The notes under the pieces were generated by a model. That model was not told the DNA's origin. It worked only from the letters and a program-made list of their open reading frames with translations, and did not search any database. Both the position numbers and the translations under genes were made by a program. Positions 55,859 through 63,559 of a stretch of 64,000 nucleotides of DNA are shown piece by piece. Location of the stretch: NCBI GenBank assembly GCA_937937315.1, contig CALDCK010000066.1, positions 16,684 to 80,683 on the forward strand. The letters are read 5' to 3'. How positions within the stretch are numbered: the first letter of the stretch is position 1; each line of letters opens with the position of its first letter. This DNA is from an uncultured bacterium (GTDB taxonomy: Bacteria > Myxococcota_A > UBA9160 > SMWR01).

Positions 55859-56281
55859 GTGCATCTCGAGAAGGAGTTCGACGTCCGTCAGACCCGGGAC
55901 GCCGCCGCGGAGATCGCCAACCGCGACGAGACGCTCCAGGGTCTCTTCCCCGAGACCGAGACCGAGATCGTCGAGCGCGAGGGCAACCGCCGCACGGCCC
56001 AGAGCCACTACACCGCGCTCGGTCGCAGCGGTACGGCGACCTTCCACTTCACCACCCTCGACGACGGCGACGTGGAGTTCGAGAAGGTCTGCGACGGCAA
56101 TGTGTGGCGCGAGCTCAAGGGAAGGCTGAGCTTCCGCACGCGCGGGAAGCGCACCCGCGTCCGCATCGCCCTGGATGGACGCACCCGACCGCTGGTCCCC
56201 GAGTTCACGATCAAGGGGGCGATGCGGGATCAGATCGAAGAGATGGCCGGTGCCCTGCGTGAGAAGCTGGAGGAGTGCTGA
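55859..56281 (+). CDS. SRPBCC-superfamily (START/CoxG-like) protein
   Basis: 140 aa with a beta-rich core and a C-terminal helix (FTIKGAMRDQIEEMAGALREKLEE). GTG start. Family call is from general pattern only. Confidence 0.5.
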   Translation: MHLEKEFDVRQTRDAAAEIANRDETLQGLFPETETEIVEREGNRRTAQSHYTALGRSGTATFHFTTLDDGDVEFEKVCDGNVWRELKGRLSFRTRGKRTRVRIALDGRTRPLVPEFTIKGAMRDQIEEMAGALREKLEEC

Positions 56282-57105
56282 TGGCGCGCGTGCGCACCGC
56301 CGACGGCTACGAGCTTCACACCGAGGCCCACGGAGAGGGCGTCCCGGTCCTGCTCTCCTGCGGGCTGTGCAATACGACGGAGAACTGGCGCCCCCAGGTC
56401 GAGTCCTTCGTTCGGGCCGGTCTGCAGCTCGTGCTCTGGGACTACCGGGGCCACGGCCGGTCCGATGCCCCGGACGATCCCGAGGCCTACGGAATCGATC
56501 GCGTCGTGGACGATCTCTCGCGGGTGCTCGACTGGGCGTCGCCGGATCGCCCCGCCGTCGTCGGAGGTCTCTCCTTCGGCGGGCTGGCGTCGCTCCACCT
56601 CGCGTTGCGCCGCCCGGAGCGCGTCCGCGGCCTGCTCCTGGTGGACACCGGACCCGGCTTCAAGAACCCGAAGGCCCAGGCGCGCTGGGAGGAGATGGTC
56701 GAGCGGACGGCTTCCTTCGTCGAGAGTCGGGGCATGCGGGCGTTCGTGGAGGGTCGCGCTGCGGACACCACCGTTGGCCTCCATCCCGAGCGGCCGGTGG
56801 CTCGTGCGGCGGCCGACGCCATCGCCGCCCAGGTGCCCCACGGTGTCGCCCACTTCGCCCGCCGGGTCGCCGGCCCGGCGCCGCCGGTGATCGACGAGCT
56901 GAGCGGGATCACGGCTCCGGCCCTCGTCATCGTGGGGGAGAAGGACGACGCCTACCTTCGAGCCGCCGAGGTGATGGAGAGCCGACTTCCGAACGCCCGG
57001 CGCGTCACCATCGCGGGAGCGGGGCATCTGGTGAATCTGGACGAGCCCGAGGCCTTCGACCGGGCCGTGATCGACTTCGTCCTGAAGCTGCCCGAAGACG
57101 GGTAG
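56281..57105 (+). CDS. Alpha/beta hydrolase
   Basis: Nucleophile elbow GGLSFGG, plus WDYRGHGRS and the C-terminal GAGHLVNLDEP. ATG 56281 overlaps the upstream TGA and follows GGAGGAG. Confidence 0.8.
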   Translation: MARVRTADGYELHTEAHGEGVPVLLSCGLCNTTENWRPQVESFVRAGLQLVLWDYRGHGRSDAPDDPEAYGIDRVVDDLSRVLDWASPDRPAVVGGLSFGGLASLHLALRRPERVRGLLLVDTGPGFKNPKAQARWEEMVERTASFVESRGMRAFVEGRAADTTVGLHPERPVARAAADAIAAQVPHGVAHFARRVAGPAPPVIDELSGITAPALVIVGEKDDAYLRAAEVMESRLPNARRVTIAGAGHLVNLDEPEAFDRAVIDFVLKLPEDG

Positions 57106-57246
57106 CCCGGTTCCGCGCGCTGGGAGGGGAGGCGAGGCGGCTCGCCGCAACCGCTCGCCTCCGCCGGCGCCTGGGCGGAGCCGTCGGAGGCGCGCGAACC
57201 CAGGGCGCCCGCCTTCCGCAAGGCCACCCCGGAGCAGCGGCGGTCG

Positions 57247-57558
57247 ATGGAGCGTCAGTGGGAGGGGCGTCGCCAGGGACGCTGGGAGCAGGAGCGCCGG
57301 CGCTTCCGCGAGGCCACGCCCGACGAGCGGTCGAGGATGCGGGAGCGTTTCGAGGACCGGCTGCGAGGCGGCGTGCCGAAGGGGGAGCGCTATCGGGAGC
57401 TCCCGGCGTCGGAGCGGGAGCGGATTCGCGACAATGCGGCCCACTTCCGGTCCCTCACCGACGAGGACCGTGAGCGCCTTCGCGGCGCCCTGCGTCATCT
57501 GCGCGGGCTGTCACCCGACGAGCGTCGACGCACCGTCGAGCGACTGCTCGAGGAGTGA
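57247..57558 (+). CDS. Arg/Glu-rich repeat protein (DUF3106-like), start uncertain
   Basis: Repeated units 'FREATPDERSRMRERFE', 'LPASERERIRDN', 'LTDEDRERLRGAL' and 'LSPDERRRTVERLL'. Another repeat copy (FRKATPEQRRSMERQWE) straddles and precedes the ATG. See findings. Confidence 0.45.
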   Translation: MERQWEGRRQGRWEQERRRFREATPDERSRMRERFEDRLRGGVPKGERYRELPASERERIRDNAAHFRSLTDEDRERLRGALRHLRGLSPDERRRTVERLLEE

Positions 57559-57620
57559 TCGGTGCCGGTGGCGCTCCTGGGATAGGCTCTCGTCGGGGTG
57601 GGTTCGGGCCGGAGCAGTCC

Positions 57621-58022
57621 ATGACCGAGTACTTCGAAGTCGAGACGGAAGCCGCCGAGCAGTCCATCGACATCACCGAGCGCGTGAAGGAGATCGTGAA
57701 GCGGGTCGCGCCGGAGACGGGCACGGCCCAGATCATGGTGCTCCACTCGACGGCCGCGGTCGTCGTGAACGAGACCGCCGATCCGAACATCGGCAAGGAC
57801 GTCCTGCGCGCCCTCGACGCCTTCGCACCGCGCCGCAACGACTGGCTCCACGATCGGATCGACGACAATGCCCACTCCCACGTGAAGGCGTCGCTGCTGG
57901 GCCCCTCCGAGGTGGTGCCCGTCGTGTCTGGCGAGCTGCTGCTGGGCACCTGGCAGGGGATCTGGCTCTTCGAGTTCGACGGACCGCGCACGCGGCGGGT
58001 CGCGGTGCACGTCAGCGCCTAG
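57621..58022 (+). CDS. YjbQ/UPF0047 family protein
   Basis: FEVETEAAEQSIDITERV..., MVLHSTAAVVVNE, DNAHSHVKASLLGPS and LGTWQGIWLFEFDGPR match the YjbQ pattern. Start trimmed to ATG 57621. Confidence 0.75.
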   Translation: MTEYFEVETEAAEQSIDITERVKEIVKRVAPETGTAQIMVLHSTAAVVVNETADPNIGKDVLRALDAFAPRRNDWLHDRIDDNAHSHVKASLLGPSEVVPVVSGELLLGTWQGIWLFEFDGPRTRRVAVHVSA

Positions 58023-58040
58023 CCCGCTGTCACCCGGCTG

Positions 58041-59549
58041 CTAGGAGTCGGCCGAAGGCGCGAGGGCCATGAGGGCGGCCTGCCCGCCCCGGAGATGGTG
58101 GACGCGGAAGTCTTCGCGTCGCATGAGCTCGGCGAGGTGGGCGCTCATGAGTCCGAACTCGCAGGAGAGCACGTACACCGCGCTGCGATCGAAGCTCGGA
58201 TAGGCCTCCAGCGCCTTCGCGAACTCGAGGTGGAGCGCCTCCGGGTGGTGCTGCGCGCGGTACTGCTCGAGAGGTCGCAGGTCGATGAGCCGGGCGCCCG
58301 GGGGCGGTCGGTCGACGGCGAGGCCGGGGACGTCGAGGGACGCCAGGTCGATGGCCCGCAGGTCGAGCACGCTGCGTTCGGCCGCGACCTTCTCGACGAG
58401 ACCCGGCTCGAGTCGGGACTCCTGCTCCTCGATCGCGCGGAGCGCGGCGCGGGTCGCCGGCTTGCGGGGCACCATGGCGCAGTACTCGCCGACCACCTTC
58501 GAGAGCTCGAAGGTTCCGATGCGCTGGGTCTGGGCGATGATCTCGTCCTTGTTCGCTCCGACCAGGGGGCGAAGGATCGGCAGCTCCGTCGCCCGTGACA
58601 CGACCGCCAGGTTCTGGAGGGTCTGGGACGAGACCTGCCCGATCGCGTCGCCGGTAACGATCGCCAGGGCGCGGCGCTCCCGAGCCACGACCTCGGCGGC
58701 GCGCAGCATCAGGCGCTTCAGAATGACCTGCCAGTAGCGGGTCTCGGTCGTCGCGCGGATCGCGGCGGCGACCGGCTCGAAGTCGATGGCGTGGAGGCGG
58801 GGGGTGTGGCCGTAGGACCAGTGGTCCGCCAGCACCTTCGCCACCCGCACCACGCCCTGGAGGTGGCTTTGCCCTCCGAGGTTGCAGAAGACGTAGTCGA
58901 GGGCGACGCCGCGGCGGGCGAGCTGCCAGGCGGCGACCGGCGAGTCGAACCCCCCGGACATCAGCGCGACCGCGTGCCCCTCCACGCCCAGCGGAAGCCC
59001 GCCGGGTCCCGGGATGCGCTCGGAGAAGAAGGATGCGGAGCCCTCGGAGAGCTCGACGTGAGCGCTCACCTCCTGGTGGGTCAGGTCCACACCGGCGGAG
59101 ACCGGGAGCAGCGCCGCGCCGAGGGCGCGGGCCACCTCCATCGACCGCATGCCGCCCGCTCGTCGGTCGCCCACGCGTCGGGCGCGCACCGCGAAGCGGC
59201 GGCCGCGGACCCGCTCGCGAAAGAGGGCCTCGCCGGTGCGGACCACGCTGGCCAGGTCCGGCGCGGGGTGGCGCTCGGCGAAGGAGACGGACTGCACGCC
59301 GAAGACGCGGGTCAGGGCGTGATCGCTCTGGGTTCCGGGATCGTCGATGCCGGGCCCGGAGGGAGGCAGGTGGACGAAGATCCGCGTATGGGCGATCTCG
59401 AGCCGGGGAGGGGGGCCCTCTCCCGCCAGGGCGTCTCGCAGATTGTGCACGAGGCGGGCGCGAAACTGTCGCCGGGTGGCCCGCGCCTTGGTGGTGAGCT
59501 CGCCCGAGAAGCGGATTACCGCCAGTCGGGGGGACGACTCGTCGCCCAC
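58041..59549 (-). CDS. thiI: tRNA 4-thiouridine synthase ThiI (THUMP + PP-loop + C-terminal rhodanese domain)
   Basis: LAVIRFSGELTTKA, PP-loop LMSGGFDSPVAA, GDAIGQVSSQTL and LRPLVGANKDEI. The C-terminal rhodanese has the Cys loop SCEFG. The GTG start at 59549 lies 4 nt after the upstream stop. Confidence 0.85.
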   Translation of the reverse strand: MGDESSPRLAVIRFSGELTTKARATRRQFRARLVHNLRDALAGEGPPPRLEIAHTRIFVHLPPSGPGIDDPGTQSDHALTRVFGVQSVSFAERHPAPDLASVVRTGEALFRERVRGRRFAVRARRVGDRRAGGMRSMEVARALGAALLPVSAGVDLTHQEVSAHVELSEGSASFFSERIPGPGGLPLGVEGHAVALMSGGFDSPVAAWQLARRGVALDYVFCNLGGQSHLQGVVRVAKVLADHWSYGHTPRLHAIDFEPVAAAIRATTETRYWQVILKRLMLRAAEVVARERRALAIVTGDAIGQVSSQTLQNLAVVSRATELPILRPLVGANKDEIIAQTQRIGTFELSKVVGEYCAMVPRKPATRAALRAIEEQESRLEPGLVEKVAAERSVLDLRAIDLASLDVPGLAVDRPPPGARLIDLRPLEQYRAQHHPEALHLEFAKALEAYPSFDRSAVYVLSCEFGLMSAHLAELMRREDFRVHHLRGGQAALMALAPSADS

Positions 59550-59553
59550 GGCT

Positions 59554-59835
59554 TCAGCCCTCTGCGCACAGACGCGAGGCGGCGGCGGCAATGGCGATCA
59601 GGACCCAGAGGGAGGTGCCGCCGATGCGCCGCGCGATGCTCGGCTCGACGAGCTCGTCCTCGGCGGCCGGGCCGGCTTGTACCTCGGCGGTCGCCTCGCG
59701 TCCCGGTCGGGCTGCGCGACCGCCGATGGGCTGGCCGCAGTGGACGCAGCGGCGAGTCCCGAGGGCGAAGCTGGATTGGCAGTGGTAGCAGTACACCTCG
59801 AAGGGGGTCTGCGGTCCTTCGTTACGTTGCAGCAT
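59554..59835 (-). CDS. Small zinc-ribbon protein with C-terminal TM helix
   Basis: CYHC...CVHC (CxxC-N12-CxxC) is followed by a linker and a hydrophobic tail (GGTSLWVLIAIAAAASRL). It sits directly upstream of thiI on the same strand. Confidence 0.55.
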   Translation of the reverse strand: MLQRNEGPQTPFEVYCYHCQSSFALGTRRCVHCGQPIGGRAARPGREATAEVQAGPAAEDELVEPSIARRIGGTSLWVLIAIAAAASRLCAEG

Positions 59836-59900
59836 CCGGGCATGGTATCGAATCCGGAGCCGGGCTCGTGCGAGCCGCCGGCGCGGCCTAAGCTCCCGGC

Positions 59901-60314
59901 GTGGTGGCCCTGCGACCCTACGCCTGGCTCTGTGGCACGGTGGGAGCCGTGCTGGTGCTGATCGGGCTGGTCCTGTTCGTCAGCTTCTTCGCCTACCACG
60001 CGCCCAACAGCCAGCCCGCGATTCCGACCGGGCCCGTGGGCTTCTACTTCGTGGCCTTCGCGGGCTGCGCCCTGGTCGGGTGGGGCGGATCCCTGCTGGC
60101 GACGGCCCGCCGACCCGCGGCCGGTCGGTCGATCGGCAGTGTGACCGCCTTCGCCCTGGTGCTCATGGCCCTGTACCGGTTGGCGGCCTGGGTGGTCGGC
60201 GACTACTACGCCTTCGCGGGAGAGGTCCTCCGGGTCGAAGCCGCCCTGTTCCTCCTGCTGGCCCTCGCGTTCCTGTGGCTGCGCCCGGCTGGCGTCGTCG
60301 CCGAGGTGTCCTGA
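59901..60314 (+). CDS. Integral membrane protein (4 predicted TM helices), unknown function
   Basis: 137 aa with four hydrophobic segments. GTG start. Its stop overlaps the ATG of the downstream peroxiredoxin-like gene (TGATG). Confidence 0.55.
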   Translation: MVALRPYAWLCGTVGAVLVLIGLVLFVSFFAYHAPNSQPAIPTGPVGFYFVAFAGCALVGWGGSLLATARRPAAGRSIGSVTAFALVLMALYRLAAWVVGDYYAFAGEVLRVEAALFLLLALAFLWLRPAGVVAEVS

Positions 60315-60925
60315 TGCTGCGCTGGCTGGCGACCCTGGCGATCGCGGCGCTGCTGCTGCTCACGGCCATGCTGCCCTCGACGAGCATCGGCCGCCGTGGC
60401 GTCGAGGCGGAGCTCCGGGCGGACATCCCCCACGCGGTCGGAGCCGTGGGCGAGAGGCTGCCCGACTTCACCCTTCCCGATCTCGAAGGGACGCCCGTGC
60501 GCCTGGCGGACTTCCGGGGTCACCCGGTGCTCCTCACCTTCGAGCGCAGCGTCGACTGGTGACCCTTCACGAAGGCGCGGCTCGTCGAGCTGCGGAGCGC
60601 CCTCGCCGGGTTCGAGGATCTGCGGATCCTCTACGTGATGGCCAGCGAGCAGATCAACGCCAAGACCCTGCGCTTCATCGACGAGGCCGGCCTGCGGGAA
60701 CAGGTGCGCTTCCTCAGCGACCCGAAGAGCCACGCGATCGAGCGCTTCGGGCTCCTGCTCCAGACCCCCGAGTCCATCGAGGAGGGGGTGCCCCATCCGG
60801 CCACCTACCTGCTCGACCGCGAGGGTCGGGTCCGCCTGGTCGACGTTCGGCGCGACTTCCAGATCTGGCTCGATCCGAGCCTGATCGTGGATGCGCTCGA
60901 GGAGATGGACTCGCCCGCTTCCTGA
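60314..60925 (+). CDS. Signal-anchored thioredoxin-fold peroxiredoxin-like protein (AhpC/TSA 'Prx-like') with in-frame TGA (60560-60562) at the catalytic Cys position: candidate selenoprotein
   Basis: The track splits this gene into the tail of 60080..60562 and 60635..60925, which are in the same frame. The joined translation is ...LPDFTLPDLEGTPVRLADFRGHPVLLTFERSVDW[TGA]PFTKARLVELRSALAGFEDLRILYVMASEQ...FLSDPKSHAIERFGLL...HPATYLLDREGRVRLV. The TGA sits where this family has W-C-P-x-C. Confidence 0.65.
60574..60601 (+). promoter_or_regulatory. SECIS-like stem-loop downstream of the in-frame UGA
   Basis: GGCGCGGCUCGUCGAGCUGCGGAGCGCC begins 12 nt after the UGA. The inner helix CGCGGCUC/GAGCUGCG contains one G-U pair, and the apical GUC (or CGUCG) loop lies about 22 nt after the UGA. 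An outer GGCGC/GCGCC pairing is an alternative fold. Confidence 0.45.
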
Positions 60926-60931
60926 GATCGC

Positions 60932-61381
60932 CTAGCCCGGACTCCGGGTCAGCAGGGCGATCGTGTCCTCCTCGAAGGAGGCCAGATCCGGGTACCAGCG
61001 CGACGGGATGCCGTCGGCGGCGAGACTCTTCAGTGATGGGCCGCAGGCGTCGGAGGCGAGACGGGCGGTGAGCTCGCGGGCCAGGTCCATGGACGCCGAG
61101 CCCGGCTCCGCGTCCATGCGGTGGGCGAGCCAGACGTCTTCGCCGGTCTCCGCGATCACGTCGAAGACGATGGTCCGCACCCCCTCGGGCTCGCCGATCT
61201 CCGCGGCCACGACGAGCAGGACCCGGTCCCAGGGCAGCAGGGCGGATCCGCCGTCCGGCTCCAGATGGTGGAGGCCGGCGGGCTGGATCGCGGGACAGTC
61301 GACCACCCGCGTGAGGTAGGGGGAGGCCGACTCGCGGCTCCGGACTTCCGTACTGGGCTCGTTCATCCCGCCCCCGTGCAT
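60932..61381 (-). CDS. Hypothetical protein
   Basis: 149-aa ORF with protein-like composition and GC3 bias. No motif recognised. The start may be the internal ATG (MNEPST). Confidence 0.4.
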   Translation of the reverse strand: MHGGGMNEPSTEVRSRESASPYLTRVVDCPAIQPAGLHHLEPDGGSALLPWDRVLLVVAAEIGEPEGVRTIVFDVIAETGEDVWLAHRMDAEPGSASMDLARELTARLASDACGPSLKSLAADGIPSRWYPDLASFEEDTIALLTRSPG

Positions 61382-61539
61382 CGGCAGACGGCCCCCTCCG
61401 GTTGACGGGAACGGGCGTGGAGCCGGATCGCGAGATTCGCTACTCCCTGAGGCCTCTCCGGGTCCCCGGCGGGAATACCGTGTCCGCCGCCCTCTGCGGC
61501 CCTCTGAGCCGCCCCCACCCCCACCCCAGGTGTCCCCCC

Positions 61540-62625
61540 ATGAGTTCGTCCCGCCGCCGCGTCGCCGTGCTCGGTGCGACTGGCGTCGCCGGCCAGCAGT
61601 TCCTCGTCTCCCTCGAGCAGCACCCCTGGTTCGAGGTGGTGGCCCTGGCCGCCAGCTCCCGGAGTGCCGGACGCTCCTACCGCGAGGCGATCACGACCGA
61701 GAGCGGGCAGATGCGCTGGGCCTGCGAGGAGCCCCTTCCGGCCCGCTTCGAGGACGTGCCCGTCCAGAACGCCGCCGAGCTCGATCCGGGCTCGGTCGAT
61801 CTGGTCTTCTCCGCCGTCGAGAGCGATGCCGCCCGCGCCCTGGAGGAGCGCTTCGCTCCCCGGGTTCCGGTGGTCTCGACCTCCTCCGCCTTCCGCTACG
61901 AGGACGACGTCCCGATCATCGTGCCCGGGGTGAACCACGAGCACGCCGTCCTGGTCAAGCGCCAGCAGCGGGAGCGGGGCTGGAAGGGCTGCGTGGTCCC
62001 CATCCCGAACTGCACCACCACGGGGCTGGTGGTGGCCCTCGCCCCCCTCGCCCGCCAGTTCGGCGTGGAGGCCGTCATCATGACCTCCATGCAGGCACTT
62101 TCGGGAGCGGGCCGGAGCCCCGGAGTTCTGGGACTCGACGCCCTGGACAACGTCATCCCCTACATCCCGAAGGAGGAGGAGAAGGTCCAGACCGAGACCT
62201 CGAAGATCCTCGGGGCCCTCGAGGGCGATCGAATCGTCCCCCTCGATGTCCCGGTCTCGGCCCACTGCAATCGGGTCAACGTCCGGGACGGCCACACCGA
62301 GTGCGTGAGCCTGGGCCTCGGGAGCCCGGCCTCGCCGGCGGACGTGGCCGAGGCCATGCGCTCCTTCGGCAGCGAATTCACGGACCTGGGGCTGCCCTCG
62401 GCACCCCCGGACCTGATCCACGTGACCGACGACCCCTATCGCCCCCAGCCCCGGGTGGATCGCCGTCTCAACGATGGAATGACCACCGTGGTGGGCCGGG
62501 TGCGAGAAGACCCGGTCCTGCGCAATGGGATCAAGATGGTGCTGCTGTCGCACAACACCAAGCTCGGCGCGGCGAAGGGCGCCACCCTGGTGGCCGAGTA
62601 TCTGGTCGAGCAGGGCCTCGGATAG
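61540..62625 (+). CDS. asd: Aspartate-semialdehyde dehydrogenase
   Basis: VAVLGATGVAGQQF Rossmann N-terminus, active-site IPNCTTTGL, QALSGAG and the C-terminal HNTKLGAAKGA. Start trimmed to ATG 61540. Confidence 0.85.
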   Translation: MSSSRRRVAVLGATGVAGQQFLVSLEQHPWFEVVALAASSRSAGRSYREAITTESGQMRWACEEPLPARFEDVPVQNAAELDPGSVDLVFSAVESDAARALEERFAPRVPVVSTSSAFRYEDDVPIIVPGVNHEHAVLVKRQQRERGWKGCVVPIPNCTTTGLVVALAPLARQFGVEAVIMTSMQALSGAGRSPGVLGLDALDNVIPYIPKEEEKVQTETSKILGALEGDRIVPLDVPVSAHCNRVNVRDGHTECVSLGLGSPASPADVAEAMRSFGSEFTDLGLPSAPPDLIHVTDDPYRPQPRVDRRLNDGMTTVVGRVREDPVLRNGIKMVLLSHNTKLGAAKGATLVAEYLVEQGLG

Positions 62626-62631
62626 GGGATC

Positions 62632-62717
62632 TCGACCCAGGTCGAGCGCCCGAAGGGCGCGCGGAGCGAGGCGGGAGCCGAGCGGAGTTCGACCCGGATC
62701 GAGCGCCCGAAGTGCTC
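62632..62717 (+). repeat. Two copies of a ~29-nt intergenic direct repeat (TCGACCCRGRTCGAGCGCCCGAAG.GC)
   Basis: Copy 1 is 62632-62660 (tcgacccaggtcgagcgcccgaagggcgc). Copy 2 is 62689-62717 (tcgacccggatcgagcgcccgaagtgctc). Copy 1 contains the hairpins CTCGACC-ca-GGTCGAG and GCGCCC-gaa-GGGCGC just after the asd stop. Confidence 0.6.
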
Positions 62718-62873
62718 GATCCTCTCAGACCTTGCCTCCGGGGGGTGGAGCCGCCACCCTATGCGCCAACGAGAGGTTGGGGCGGATTCGTCCGCGCGGT
62801 GCCGGGATGGGGCACGCGGCGCGGCAGCTACGGCATCCGCCTTGCCATCCATGATGCCTTGGAGGAGGGGGAT

Positions 62874-63368
62874 ATGACGCGAGAATCGTTCGCACGGCTC
62901 GCTGGGGCGGCGATCCTGATGCTCGGAATGGGATTGATGGGGTGCCAGACGACCCAGGATGCGGAGCAGACCACGCAGCCCGAGGGCTCCGAGTGGAGAG
63001 AGGCGCCCAGCGAGGACTCGATGCGCGAGTCGCACCCGCTGACCGATCTCCAGACCATCTACTTCGACTTCGACCGCTCGGACATCCGGCCCGATGCGCG
63101 CGATGCGCTTCGGGCGAACGCGGACGAGATCAAGAAGACGACGGGTATCGTCACGATCGAGGGCCATACCGACGAGCGCGGCAGCTCCGAGTACAACCTG
63201 GCGCTCGGCGAGCGTCGGGCCAACGCGGCGAAGCGCTACCTGGTGGACCTGGGCGTGGGCTCTTCGCAGCTGAATACGGTGAGCTTCGGCGAGGACCGGC
63301 CGGCTGTTCAGGGGCACGACGAATCGGCCTGGCGCTACAACCGCCGTGCGGAGTTCGTAGGCAACTAG
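62874..63368 (+). CDS. pal: Peptidoglycan-associated lipoprotein Pal (OmpA-family C-terminal domain)
   Basis: Lipobox LMGC and the OmpA-like core IYFDFDRSDIRPDA...TIEGHTDERGSSEYNLALGERRANAAKRYL. ATG 62874 follows GGAGGAGGGGG. Confidence 0.85.
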   Translation: MTRESFARLAGAAILMLGMGLMGCQTTQDAEQTTQPEGSEWREAPSEDSMRESHPLTDLQTIYFDFDRSDIRPDARDALRANADEIKKTTGIVTIEGHTDERGSSEYNLALGERRANAAKRYLVDLGVGSSQLNTVSFGEDRPAVQGHDESAWRYNRRAEFVGN

Positions 63369-63457
63369 GGGCTCGAGGCGGCGCCTCCGGCGCGCCGAGC
63401 CGCTCTCGGGCTCGGTGCGGGGGGTTCGCCGGCACATCGATCTCCTGGCCATTTCTC

Positions 63458-63491
63458 GAGCGGGGAGCGCACTCTGGTGTGCTTCCCGCTC
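63458..63491 (+). other. Long plus-strand-specific RNA hairpin (15-bp stem including two G-U pairs, tctg loop)
   Basis: GAGCGGGGAGCGCAC-tctg-GTGTGCTTCCCGCTC, followed by GCAGTTTGA. The two wobble pairs exist only in a plus-strand transcript. It lies between pal and the TPP-enzyme gene. Confidence 0.4.
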
Positions 63492-63559
63492 GCAGTTTGA
63501 CCCCGCCTCGGGGCGAGTGATACCGTCGCTCGGCTCGGGGGGCTCATTCGAGGTATGCC

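Noticed and set aside
60560-60562. TGA in the peroxiredoxin-like gene as a simple nonsense mutation (pseudogene) or sequencing error
   Set aside because: This is not excluded, but it is less likely. The stop falls exactly on the catalytic Cys column, the downstream 363 nt stay open with good codon bias, and a hairpin sits at SECIS distance. It is kept as a hypothesis to test against the presence of sel genes.
62632-62717. Direct repeats as a mini CRISPR array
   Set aside because: There are only two imperfect copies, no cas genes, and the repeat doubles as the asd terminator hairpin.
62680-62720. GAGTTCGACCCGG resembling a tRNA T-arm (GTTCGA)
   Set aside because: No complementary T-stem, acceptor stem or anticodon arm can be drawn around it. 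It is part of the duplicated intergenic repeat.
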